64,000 nucleotides of DNA, taken from positions 3,296,001-3,360,000 of the forward strand of contig OZ244799.1 in assembly GCA_965219955.1 (NCBI GenBank), in the 5' to 3' direction. Shown here in pieces: positions 1-8,497 of the stretch. Both the position numbers and the translations under genes were made by a program. The notes beneath the pieces were generated by a model. The model was not told the DNA's origin and made no database searches. It worked only from the letters and a program-made list of their open reading frames with translations. Position 1 is the first letter of the stretch; each line of letters begins with the position of its first letter. The stretch comes from a bacterium. Lineage in GTDB: Bacteria; UBA8248.

Positions 1-298
1 CCGAGGTAAGCCTTCTCATGACGGGAAGGGCGAGTTCGCAAAGGGTTCCATTTTGTCCGTTTTGAGAAACGTTTTTCGAGAGGAGGGAGAGGGAAGGCCC
101 CAGCCGGTATTTCCCGTATTCGGCGGAAGCGTCCACGAAGCCCCTGGTCTGGAGGGTCTTGAGGAATCGGTACGTCGTGCTTTTGGGCAGCCGGATCTCG
201 GAGGAGATCTCATCTACAGAAGAAGAGCCGGACCCGTGGGCTATCGCCCAGAGGAGATCGATGGCCTTGTCTATCGTCTTCATGGAAGAGGTAGACAT
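1..298 (-). CDS. IclR-family transcriptional regulator (N-terminal HTH, truncated by window start)
   Basis: Not in the ORF track because it has no stop. Manual translation from the ATG at 298: MSTSSMKTIDKAIDLLWAIAHGSGSSSVDEISSEIRLPKSTTYRFLKTLQTRGFVDASAEYGKYRLGPSL...CELALPVMRRL, a typical IclR wHTH pattern (LPKSTxxRxLxTL...YRLG). Confidence 0.85.
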   Translation of the reverse strand, partial: MSTSSMKTIDKAIDLLWAIAHGSGSSSVDEISSEIRLPKSTTYRFLKTLQTRGFVDASAEYGKYRLGPSLSLLSKNVSQNGQNGTLCELALPVMRRLTS

Positions 299-303
299 TG
301 AAT

Positions 304-320
304 TTCTCAGATATAGAGAA
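304..320. promoter_or_regulatory. Imperfect palindrome, candidate IclR operator
   Basis: TTCTC-agatata-GAGAA lies 5 bp upstream of the IclR start, within an AT-rich stretch (300-370). Confidence 0.35.
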
Positions 321-466
321 TATTATTCTTATTAATTAGTAATATAGGTTTTGCTCCCGTATTTGTCAATCGAGAATTCCGTCGTCCCGACAACGCACCC
401 CGGCGGGCGGAGCCGCCCCCCGGGAGGGCAATGGCAACCCCCTTGAAAGGGAAATCCCATAAACCA

Positions 467-612
467 CCCCCCCCTACCCCCCCTTGTCAGGGGTCAAACG
501 CGAGTGATGAACGAGCGTTTGCATAAGCCATTGACGAAAAACACATCGTCTTGCAAAACCTCCCTCTTCGGTCGGTTTTGACCCCTGTCAAGGGGGGGTA
601 GGGGGGTTGCCT
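467..612. mobile_element. ~145-bp MITE-like element, copy 1
   Basis: Terminal inverted repeats CCCCCTACCCCCCCTTGTCAGGGGTCAAA...TTTGACCCCTGTCAAGGGGGGGTAGGGGG. A near-identical copy lies in inverted orientation at 2257-2403. Confidence 0.75.
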
Positions 613-783
613 TTCGACGAGGAGGGCGGGGCCGGGCGCCTGATCCAACAACGGCGAAAAACGTACTATACTCCTGATGTTCCCCGGAATTATCGGGAGG
701 AGGGCAGGGCCGCTTTTCGGGCCGTTCGCCATTCCTGATGTCTCGATTCGCCATTATCGTGTCCAACCTGAAAGGAGGCTCCG

Positions 784-1812
784 ATGCGCGCGGTGGTTCT
801 GCATGAATGGGGAGGTCCCCTGACGCTCGAGACGGTGCCCGACCCGGCGCCGGGCCACGGAGAAGTCGTGCTGCGCGTGCGCGCCTGCGCGCCGGACCAG
901 TTCGACGTGACCATCCGCGCGGGCCGGATCGGCGGGAAGCTGCCCCTCATCATGGGGCACGAGATCGCGGGCGAGGTGGCGGCCCTCGGGCCGGGCGTCG
1001 AGGGATGGGCCGAGGGCGACCGCGCGGTCGTCCACGCCTATCTCACCTGCGGGCGGTGCCGCTTCTGCCGGCTCGGCCGGGTTACGCTCTGCGAGAATTT
1101 CCTGGGCTACTTCGGCGTGCACCGGGACGGCGGCTACGCCGAGTACGTGCGGGTCCCGGCGGGGAACCTGTGCGCCATTCCCGATGGCGTGGGCTACGCC
1201 GAGGCCACGACCATCGTGAGCCCGGTGGCGACCCCTCTCAAGGCCATCAAGACGCGCGCGGGTGTGAGGCCCGGGGACGACGTGGTCGTCGTCGGCGCCT
1301 GCGGCGGGGTGGGGATCCACGCCGTCCAGATCGCAAAAGCCTTCGGCGCGCGCGTCGTCGCGGTGGACATCGACGACGCCAAGCTCGCCCGCGCGCGTGA
1401 GCTGGGCGCGGACCACGTCGTGAACGGCCTGAAGGAGGACTTCGCCGAGGCCGCGCGGGAGGTCACCGGCGGCGAGGGCGCGGACGCCGTGCTGGAGTTC
1501 GTGGGCACGGAGGGGACGCTGCCGAAGAGCTTCGCTTCGCTCGCGCGGACGGGCGTGCTCGTCGTCGTGGGCTTTCAGCCGGGCGCCGTCTTCGCGAGCG
1601 ACCCGACGCGCTTCGTGAACGACGAGATCACGGTAACGGGTTCGCGCTACGTGAACCGCGCGGAGCTGGCCGAGGCCGCCGACTGGGTCGGGGCGGGCCG
1701 GGTGAAGCCGGTCGTATCAAAGACGTACCCCCTGGCCGATGTGGAACAGGCGCTGGCCGACCTCTCGGAGAACAAGGTGGTCGGCCGCGCGCCGGTCCTC
1801 ATCGACGCGTGA
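784..1812 (+). CDS. Zinc-binding medium-chain dehydrogenase/reductase (alcohol dehydrogenase family)
   Basis: GHExxGxV motif, structural-Zn CxxCxxC-x7-C, Rossmann GACGGVG; RBS AAGGAGG upstream. Confidence 0.92.
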   Translation: MRAVVLHEWGGPLTLETVPDPAPGHGEVVLRVRACAPDQFDVTIRAGRIGGKLPLIMGHEIAGEVAALGPGVEGWAEGDRAVVHAYLTCGRCRFCRLGRVTLCENFLGYFGVHRDGGYAEYVRVPAGNLCAIPDGVGYAEATTIVSPVATPLKAIKTRAGVRPGDDVVVVGACGGVGIHAVQIAKAFGARVVAVDIDDAKLARARELGADHVVNGLKEDFAEAAREVTGGEGADAVLEFVGTEGTLPKSFASLARTGVLVVVGFQPGAVFASDPTRFVNDEITVTGSRYVNRAELAEAADWVGAGRVKPVVSKTYPLADVEQALADLSENKVVGRAPVLIDA

Positions 1813-1831
1813 GGGCGAACGAGAGCGGGGA

Positions 1832-2170
1832 GGGGGTATTGAAAAAGTCACTTCGCCCCTAGCAGCGTCCCCGTTCGCCTCATCCTGAGTAGCGGCCCCT
1901 CGACTTCGCTCGGGGCAGGCTCCGCCCCCCATCTTCCTCATCCTGAGTAGCCGCCGAAGGCGGCGTATCGAAGGTCAATCGCGCCCAATGCGGAAGCGAT
2001 TGCTCCGCATGTCGGAAGACGCCTTCCATCCTTCGATACGGCGCTTACGCGCCTACTCAGGATGAGGTTTTATGGCCACCTGCGCGCTAGGAAGGAGGGC
2101 CGCCGCGTAACCCCATATGGCCCGCTCCCGAATCAGGTTTTTTCAACAGCCCCTCAAGGGGGAGTAAAGT
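1832..2170. repeat. Nested repeat cluster: CTCATCCTGAGTAG...CGTATCGAAGG / CCTTCGATACG...CTACTCAGGATGAG palindromic units inside GGG(C/T)TGTTGAAAAA-type ends
   Basis: Units at ~1878, 1936-1974 and 2030-2067 (inverted pair); flanking ends at ~1832-1849 and ~2136-2153. Confidence 0.8.
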
Positions 2171-2256
2171 CTCCTCCTTCCCCGGTTGGCTTTATACGCA
2201 GAATCACGAGAGCAGGACTTTTTCAGGAGGTAGAGGGAGCTTTCCTCTCGACTGGA

Positions 2257-2403
2257 AAAGCAACCCCCCTACCCCCCTTGTCAGGGGTCAAAACCGACCG
2301 AAGAGGGAGGTTTTGCAAGACGATGTGTTTCTCGTCAATGGCTCATGCAAACGCTCGTTCATCACTCGCGTTTGACCCCTGTCAAGGGGGGGTGGGGGGG
2401 GTT
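2257..2403. mobile_element. ~145-bp MITE-like element, copy 2 (inverted relative to 467-612)
   Basis: Reverse complement of 467-612 with a few substitutions; same TIRs. Confidence 0.75.
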
Positions 2404-2672
2404 CCGTAGGGGCCGCATACATGCGGCGGGATATTTCGAAATTCTCCTGATTCCGGCATGCGCCGGAATGACGAACAAAACCGCACCGCCTCATCCTGAG
2501 TAGGCGCGTAAGCGCCGTATCGAAGGATGCCTTCTCGTCCCGGTGCGAGCCCCTCGCCCTTCGATACGCCGCCCTTCGACAAGCTCAGGACAGGCTCTTC
2601 GGCGGCTACTCAGGGTGAGGAAAGAAGCGTTGGCGGTTTCCAGGGGACGCATACGGGGCTTTTTCAACAGTT
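2404..2672. repeat. REP-like repeat cluster (GTAG-type, ATTCCGGC..GCCGGAATGAC-type and CTCATCCTGAG-type units)
   Basis: GTAGGGGCCGCATACATGCGGC at ~2406, GATTCCGGCATGCGCCGGAATGAC at ~2449, inverted pair 2489-2620. Segment 2555-2639 matches 10989-11073 with 1 mismatch in 85 bp. Confidence 0.8.
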
Positions 2673-2700
2673 CCTCACCAATCGGGCTTGCCCCCACCGG

Positions 2701-3543
2701 TCAGGTGATCGCAGGCTTCCAGTCGTAGATCCGCTGCAGGGCGCCTCCCATGAGGGTTGCGCGTTCGTCGTCGCTCAGGCGGTCCGTGAGGCGGAACGGC
2801 GCGACGCCCTGCTCGTAGGTCAGCAGGTGGACCGCGCGCGTCCAGTCGGTGCCCCACAGGCAGCGGTCGAGGCCGAACGCGTCGAAGACACGGCAGAGCG
2901 GCTCCCAGATGTCGTCGTAGGGGTAGGGTTCGCGGGACAGCGTGCAGGCGCCGGTGATCTTGACAGCGACGTTGTCGTAATCCGCAAGCGCGAGGAGAGC
3001 GGGGAGGTCGGCGAATGGTTCCGGCGGCGCCGGCGGGTGGAAAGGCTGCTCAAGTCCCAGGTGATCGAGGATCAGCATCGCGCCCGGATGCGCGCGCGCA
3101 TACCGCGCGAAATGCTCCAGCATGCCCCAGCACATGAGATTCACCGGCAGCGAGGCGCGGGCGGCGGCGGCGAGAACCCGGTCGATTCCCGGATGTTCCG
3201 GATCGAGGCCGGGGCCGGGGTTCAGCATGACCCGCACCCCCACCGTCCCTGGAACGGCGGCCCAGTCGGCAATCGTCTCCGCGACAGCCGGGTCGGTCGG
3301 GTCGACCGGCTTGATCAGGGCGAACCGGCCCGGATGCGCGGCGTGAACCTCGAGCGCGTAGGAGGCGTCGTAGCGGTAGAGGGCGAACGGCGAGATGAGC
3401 ACGGCGGCGTCCACGCCGACGGCGTCCATGGCCGCGGCCATGGCCTCACCGGTGACCTCGGGCGGCCCCGGCAGATCGCCCGCCCACGGCCGCCCCGGGT
3501 GGTTCCGCTCATAGGCGTGGACCTGGGCGTCTATCGTCAGCAT
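2701..3543 (-). CDS. Amidohydrolase_2-family lactonase/hydrolase (LigI / L-fuconolactonase-like)
   Basis: IDAQVH at the N-terminus, ILDHLG, NVAVKITG, FGLDRCLWGTDW motifs. Confidence 0.85.
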   Translation of the reverse strand: MLTIDAQVHAYERNHPGRPWAGDLPGPPEVTGEAMAAAMDAVGVDAAVLISPFALYRYDASYALEVHAAHPGRFALIKPVDPTDPAVAETIADWAAVPGTVGVRVMLNPGPGLDPEHPGIDRVLAAAARASLPVNLMCWGMLEHFARYARAHPGAMLILDHLGLEQPFHPPAPPEPFADLPALLALADYDNVAVKITGACTLSREPYPYDDIWEPLCRVFDAFGLDRCLWGTDWTRAVHLLTYEQGVAPFRLTDRLSDDERATLMGGALQRIYDWKPAIT

Positions 3544-3647
3544 GTCTTGCGTCCCCCCTCCCGGCGGGCAGGTGCGCAGGATTCGCGTCCCGCTACGCTA
3601 CCACATCGACCATTCGAAGCGCACGGCTCTTCATGGTGGGTTCAACG

Positions 3648-4511
3648 CCCCCTTGTCCGGGGTTGTTGAGAAAGTCCTGCAATACCGGAATGACGGCAAT
3701 GGTATCCCGCCTTGGCGTAGGTAGTGTAGGGGCCGCATACATGCGGCCCGTCGTTGGAAGGCAAAAAGGCCGGGTCGCATATATGCGACCCCTACACACA
3801 AGAGATCCGCCCGGTGAAGGCTTTTTCAAGCGGTGGGGGGTACGATGGTTTTGTAGGGACAGGCCTCCGTGCCTGTCCTGCCCTTCGTGGTTGTCCTTCG
3901 TCAGGACAGGCACGGAGGCCTGTCCCTACAGAACCACCACGCCAGTCCGTAATCACTCCCCCCTTGAGGGGCTTGTTGAAAAACCCCCTCATCCCGAGTA
4001 GGCGCGCTTGCGCGCCGTATCGAGGGACGAGGGAGAGCCGGGAGCCTGGCCTGAGATTGTCGATGGGGAGCGCCCTTCGATACAAACGCTCCTTTCTCAG
4101 TCGCGTTTTACCTTCGGCGGCTACTCAGGGTGAGGCGGCGTGGTTTTGTTCGTCATTCCGGCGAAAGCCGGAATCCATTTTGACTTTTTGCTTTTCGCAT
4201 TGATTCATGCTCGACAAAGCCGCAATCAAACGCCTGAACGCATCCGCCCTCATCGGCTCCGGACTCCGCATTCTCTCCCGTCCCGAGCGGGGCTGACGCC
4301 GGAATAACGATCAAAGACGAAAGGCGAAAATGGATTCCGGCTTTCGCCGGAATGACGGTGGTTTTCCCGCATTGAGGGGCTTTTTCAACAGGCCCCTCAA
4401 GGGGGGAGTGATTCCTCTCTCCTTGGGCTTTTTCAACAATCCCGTCAAGGGGGGGTAGGGGGGGTTGCTTTTCGAGACAGCGTTTTTGTAGGGGCCGTTC
4501 GTGAACGGCCC
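3648..4511. repeat. Large nested REP/MITE cluster
   Basis: GTAG-REP doublets at ~3727-3795 and 3852-3930; a 463-bp element 3951-4413 with 40-bp TIRs (2 mismatches) enclosing CTCATCC-type and GTCATTCCGGCGAAAGCCGGAATCC-type inverted pairs; outer ends near 3660 and 4426. Confidence 0.85.
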
Positions 4512-5480
4512 TCACCGCCCGTAGCGCAGCCTCGCTACGGCGCCCTGTTTCGCGATCTGTCCCTGCGCGTAGCGGCCCGGCATGGCCGGCGAGCGCCAGC
4601 GGCCGGCGAGCTGCATCTCGACCAGGGAGGCCCCCGCGCTCGCCAGGCTCTGCGCGCCCCCCACCCGGAGGCTGTGGCCGCTCACGCGCCCCTCGGCGCC
4701 CGCGGCCTTCCCCCACCGCGCGATGACGCCCCGGATGCTCCTGTCCGTCAGGCGCCCGGGCCGAAGCCGCCCCCCCTTGTAGACGGGCCGGAAGAGCGCT
4801 CCCTCCTCGATGCCCGCGCGCGCCAGCCAGGCCCGGATGCGCTCCACCGTCGGCGCCCCGAGGAACTGCACGACGCCCAGGCCCTCCTGGTCCGTCTTCG
4901 AGCGCCGGATCCGCACCGTCTGCTCGCCCAGGTCCACGTCCGCAACGTCCAGGGCCGCGACCTCCGACACCCGCAGCAGCGCGTCGCTCGCCACCGCCAC
5001 GATCGCGGCGTCACGCACGCCCCCCAGGGTCCCCGTCCCCTCCGCCAGCGTCGCCGCAAGGTCCGCCTCCTCCCAGCGCACCCCGGCCACCTGGCCGCGG
5101 CCGCGCTCCGAACCCAGACGCCTGAAGCCCGCCAGGGCGCGCAGCGCCGAAGGACCCACCGGAGAGGAGCGGCCGCCCAGCCTCGCCCGGAACCGCAGCG
5201 CCGCAACCGCCATCGAGGCGCAGGCCGCCGAGCGGCCCTTCTCGAAGAGCCCCGTGAGGTAGGCCGCCACCCCGGCGTCGGTCTCGGGATACCCCGAATC
5301 CTCGAAACCGCGCAGCGCCGCCTCGTAGGCGCGGCGCGTGTTCTCGGCGATAGAGGCGCGCACCAGATCAGACGCCGCGCGGAACGGACCGAAGCGCGTC
5401 GGGCGGCCTTCGTCGGGTTTTTCCAGGGGGGAGCGTCTCCCCGGCGTCGCGGGTCTCGCCCATGGTTCTCCGTTGTCCAT
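4512..5480 (-). CDS. Tyrosine recombinase (Cre-like phage integrase family)
   Basis: Catalytic residues present: LLRVSE (R), RRSKTDQEG (K), SGHSLRVG (HxxR), GRW, and GRY (Y nucleophile). N-terminal SAM-like AENTRRAY. Start taken at the in-frame ATG 5480 (ORF extends to 5576). Confidence 0.93.
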   Translation of the reverse strand: MDNGEPWARPATPGRRSPLEKPDEGRPTRFGPFRAASDLVRASIAENTRRAYEAALRGFEDSGYPETDAGVAAYLTGLFEKGRSAACASMAVAALRFRARLGGRSSPVGPSALRALAGFRRLGSERGRGQVAGVRWEEADLAATLAEGTGTLGGVRDAAIVAVASDALLRVSEVAALDVADVDLGEQTVRIRRSKTDQEGLGVVQFLGAPTVERIRAWLARAGIEEGALFRPVYKGGRLRPGRLTDRSIRGVIARWGKAAGAEGRVSGHSLRVGGAQSLASAGASLVEMQLAGRWRSPAMPGRYAQGQIAKQGAVARLRYGR

Positions 5481-5635
5481 CGTTTGTCCGGCGTCCTGAA
5501 GTTCCGGCGGCGATTCCCGTTCAAGGGGCTGCCATCCCGGGTCCACGCCACATATATGTCGCCTTCCCGATCCCATGCAACATATATAAGGCCGAAAAGG
5601 AAGAATCGCCCGCCGGAATCGTTTTTTTTACCCTA

Positions 5636-5678
5636 TCTTTACAGCAATCCCTGTCTTTTCTTTACGGCAATCCCTGTC
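5636..5678. repeat. Tandem 20-bp direct repeat (period 23)
   Basis: TCTTTACAGCAATCCCTGTC (5636-5655) and TCTTTACGGCAATCCCTGTC (5659-5678), 1 mismatch. Confidence 0.8.
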
Positions 5679-5693
5679 CTTGCCGCAATTACA

Positions 5694-5717
5694 TTCTTAT
5701 AACTGTTATTATCAGAA
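5694..5717. other. Candidate tyrosine-recombinase crossover site, left (lox/dif-like)
   Basis: TTCTTATAA-ctgtta-TTATCAGAA: 9-bp near-inverted arms (1 mismatch) around a 6-bp asymmetric spacer, upstream of the recombinase. Confidence 0.65.
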
Positions 5718-5745
5718 AATATAACACCTCTCACGACCATGTCAA
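5718..5745 (-). promoter_or_regulatory. sigma70-type promoter inside the candidate invertible segment
   Basis: Minus strand: TTGACA (5745-5740), 16-bp spacer ending TGn, TATATT (5723-5718). Predicted start near 5711, pointing to the recombinase. Confidence 0.7.
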
Positions 5746-5861
5746 GCGCGATTTCGGGGTCCCCGGAGGGGTTTCGGGCGCCGTTTCGCGTCTTTTTTCG
5801 CTCATTTTCGGCCCGAATGCGCCCCGAAACGGCTCTCCCGGCGGAGAACGGGGCTTCCAGT

Positions 5862-5885
5862 GTCCAGTAATAACAGTTAGCGGCG
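5862..5885. other. Candidate tyrosine-recombinase crossover site, right (inverted relative to left)
   Basis: GTCCAGTAA-taacag-TTAGCGGCG; core 5868-5879 TAATAACAGTTA is the exact reverse complement of 5700-5711 TAACTGTTATTA. Confidence 0.55.
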
Positions 5886-6432
5886 GGCAGGCCGGGTTCA
5901 AGGCGCCCGGAAGACACTTGCCTTTGGAGGCCGTGAAGGGCGGGCGCATGCCGCAGGAATATGTGTCCCGCGGAACCACCGGCCCGGACGGCGGCGCGGC
6001 CTCGCCGCCGCGCCCCGGCGCTGCCGATACGGATCAGGACGGGCCGGACGGCGGCCTTTATATACACGCGATAGAGGAGGTTCATCAGACGAAGCCGAGA
6101 ATGCGCTGGAGAAACCTTTATTGACCCGAGTTTGCAACGCGATTCACGAGGCGCGGTCATCCCGGAGATGACGGTGTAAACAAAAAGACCCTCCCCCCCG
6201 AAGAACCAGCTTGCGGCGGGGACCATCCCGAAAGATCCACGCCTCCTGAATGACGTCCCAGGCAGATTGGACGGCGGGCCCGGAAGACGCCGGCTCCCCG
6301 TTCCGCCAGGACAGGCTCACAAACACAAATAGATGAAAGATCCGAATTAAACGCGAGGAAAGGAGGTTAATCGGAGAAAGCCGGAAATTCACTGAAGATC
6401 CCTTTTTCTATGTATTCAGGAGGACTCACTAA

Positions 6433-8334
6433 ATGATGTTCAAAGACAAGTATATTCACAAGTTTTACGCTTTCGCGCTGGCGGCCGTGTTCGCGCTGAC
6501 GCTGGCCGGCTGCGGCGGCGGCGGTGGCACGGCGGCGGCGCCGGACCCGGAGCCGCCCGCAATGCCGGAACCGACCCCGCAGGAAACCTGCGAGGGTGAC
6601 GGCGGCCGCTATAACGCGGACGGCTCCTGCACGAGCGCTGAGGATCTCGCGGCGGAAATGACCGAAGCGGAAGCCCTGAGCGCCGCGCAGGAAGCAGCGA
6701 TGACGGCCTACATGGCGGCGATGGCGGCAGTGGCCGGTGCGGTGGACCCCGTGGCGGCTACGAACGCGCAGCCGCACGCAACCGCGGCCATGGCGGCATC
6801 CGCCTCGGCGGCGGCGGCCACGGATTCGGCGACGGCCATGGAGCACCAGGCGGCGGCCGAGGCGGCCCGCGACATGGCGGTGGAAGCCGGCATGACGCGC
6901 GGCCTGGGGATCACCACACGGGCGAACGCGGCTTCCAACCAGGCCGCCATCGACAGCGCCACTCTCGTCGGCGTGCCTGCTCCCGCTCCGGTATCCAATG
7001 CGGGAAGAGTGGGCAGGGCGATGGCAGCCGCTGCGACGACGGTAGCTGCGGGCGCCGATGGCAATGTCGACGGTAGCGCTACTACTACAAATCCAGATAC
7101 CACCCAGCAGGGCGCAGTGGTCACGTCATCGGCGAGAAACATCGGCAGTGGTCCCAGATTCACGGTAATGGCGCCGACCGGCGGCACCGCCACCCCTCAG
7201 TTGAGAGGCGAAAGCCCGACAGCGATCACGACGCGCGGCGGCTGGGCGGGCGCCGAATTGCTGAGCGGCTCGGGCGCTCCGGGTGGCAACAGAGGGTATG
7301 CCCTCGTATTCACGGACATCAATCCGGCGGCGCAGAGTTATTACACCGCTGTTGATACCACCATCCCCGCTAGCGCGAATTTCCGTAATGCTGACCAACT
7401 AGCAGCAAATGTTGATACAACAGAAACTACCGGCCAAAGCGTAAACAGGGCTGTCATCGGCGGAGAAATCCCGGGAGACGGAAGCCACTTTGTGGGAACG
7501 TATAATCAGATCCCCACCGACAACAACCCGCCTGTTCCGGGACGGTTCTTCTGTGGTACCGGCGTGGCCTGCTCCATCAGCGTAGACGCCTCGGGCGTCC
7601 TCAGGGGGATTACGGGCTACGTGTTCCAGCCCGCCATCGCTGGATCCGTGATGCGGGGAGACTCGGACTATATGACCTGGGGCGTTTGGGTGAACATTCC
7701 GAACGACCCGCAACAGACGAGCGGAACTACTACTGCAGATGCTGCTCTTACGAACCCCGCAACCGCCGCCGCATTCGCCAGCGGCAGGGACCCGTTCCAG
7801 GTTCCGGCCGATCTCACGGGCACGGCGACGTATAACGGGGTCGCGAACGGCCTGTATGCGGCGGGCGGCATGGTCGAGTACTTCGAAGCCGACGCCAGCC
7901 TTTCGGCCGATTTCGGCGGCAGGAGAGCCAACGATTCTGATCCCAGAGATGGTACCGCGAACGACAATGGCCTCCTGGGCGCCGTCACCGGATCCATCAC
8001 CAACATCAAGGCCGGCGGCATGGACGTCGAAGGTTCGCTGACGCTGGGTAGAGCTCCACTGCTCGCCGGTGATCCTGCTGTTACGACACCTGCTACTGCT
8101 CCTACAGCTGATTCCCCGGCCAACGTCTTCAGAGGCAACACCCAAGGCTCCCTGGGCGGCAGGGCCATACAAGGTTCCTGGACGGGGCGGTTCTACGGCC
8201 CCCAAAGGGCGCAGGGCGTGGCGATTCGAACCGAATTCCCCACGACCGCGGCTGGCACCTTCGGCGCCAGAACGCCTGCGGGCGCCCCAGGGGTCAGCAT
8301 CCTGGGTTCTTTCGGCACGTGGAGGGCCGAGTAA
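6433..8334 (+). CDS. Large surface lipoprotein with Ala-rich stalk and TbpB-like C-terminal beta-barrel
   Basis: Lipobox LAGC then GGGGG; RBS AGGAGG. C-terminal strand pattern DYMTWGVWV...GTATYNGVANG...LSADFG...VTGSITNI...WTGRFYGP...AAGTFGA...ILGSFG resembles transferrin-binding-protein barrel domains. Confidence 0.75.
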   Translation: MMFKDKYIHKFYAFALAAVFALTLAGCGGGGGTAAAPDPEPPAMPEPTPQETCEGDGGRYNADGSCTSAEDLAAEMTEAEALSAAQEAAMTAYMAAMAAVAGAVDPVAATNAQPHATAAMAASASAAAATDSATAMEHQAAAEAARDMAVEAGMTRGLGITTRANAASNQAAIDSATLVGVPAPAPVSNAGRVGRAMAAAATTVAAGADGNVDGSATTTNPDTTQQGAVVTSSARNIGSGPRFTVMAPTGGTATPQLRGESPTAITTRGGWAGAELLSGSGAPGGNRGYALVFTDINPAAQSYYTAVDTTIPASANFRNADQLAANVDTTETTGQSVNRAVIGGEIPGDGSHFVGTYNQIPTDNNPPVPGRFFCGTGVACSISVDASGVLRGITGYVFQPAIAGSVMRGDSDYMTWGVWVNIPNDPQQTSGTTTADAALTNPATAAAFASGRDPFQVPADLTGTATYNGVANGLYAAGGMVEYFEADASLSADFGGRRANDSDPRDGTANDNGLLGAVTGSITNIKAGGMDVEGSLTLGRAPLLAGDPAVTTPATAPTADSPANVFRGNTQGSLGGRAIQGSWTGRFYGPQRAQGVAIRTEFPTTAAGTFGARTPAGAPGVSILGSFGTWRAE

Positions 8335-8355
8335 GCAACAGCGCATGACTCCTTC

Positions 8356-8387
8356 GGTTCCCGGGCGTCAGCACGACGCCCGGGGCC
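8356..8387 (+). terminator. GC-rich hairpin after lipoprotein 1 (terminator or mRNA stabiliser; no U-tract)
   Basis: CCCGGGCGTC-agcac-GACGCCCGGG perfect 10-bp stem. Confidence 0.4.
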
Positions 8388-8497
8388 GGGGGATGAACGA
8401 ACGCGGCGCAAGGCGTCGCGCAGGCAGTAGATGGAAACCCAAGTTTTATCCGCTCGCCCCTTCCGTTTTCCCGGAAGGAACCAGCCTTAGGGGGCAA

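Noticed and set aside
487-766. Short ORFs over the MITE, similar to ORFs at 2062-2494
   Set aside because: The similarity comes from the repeated DNA element; there is no RBS or coding signal.
1832-4511. Repeat clusters as a CRISPR array
   Set aside because: Units are inverted pairs from mixed families with irregular spacing, not direct repeats with uniform spacers, and there are no cas genes.
5462-6392. ORFs 5462-6124, 5639-6226 and 6144-6392
   Set aside because: They cross the promoter and crossover sites and have no recognisable domains.
6511-6530. (GGC)n tracts after the lipobox as slipped-strand phase variation
   Set aside because: Triplet repeats keep the frame and encode the usual poly-Gly linker.
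8069-8497. N-terminal extension of the 739-aa ORF
   Set aside because: It overlaps lipoprotein 1 in another frame; the signal peptide starts at 8498.
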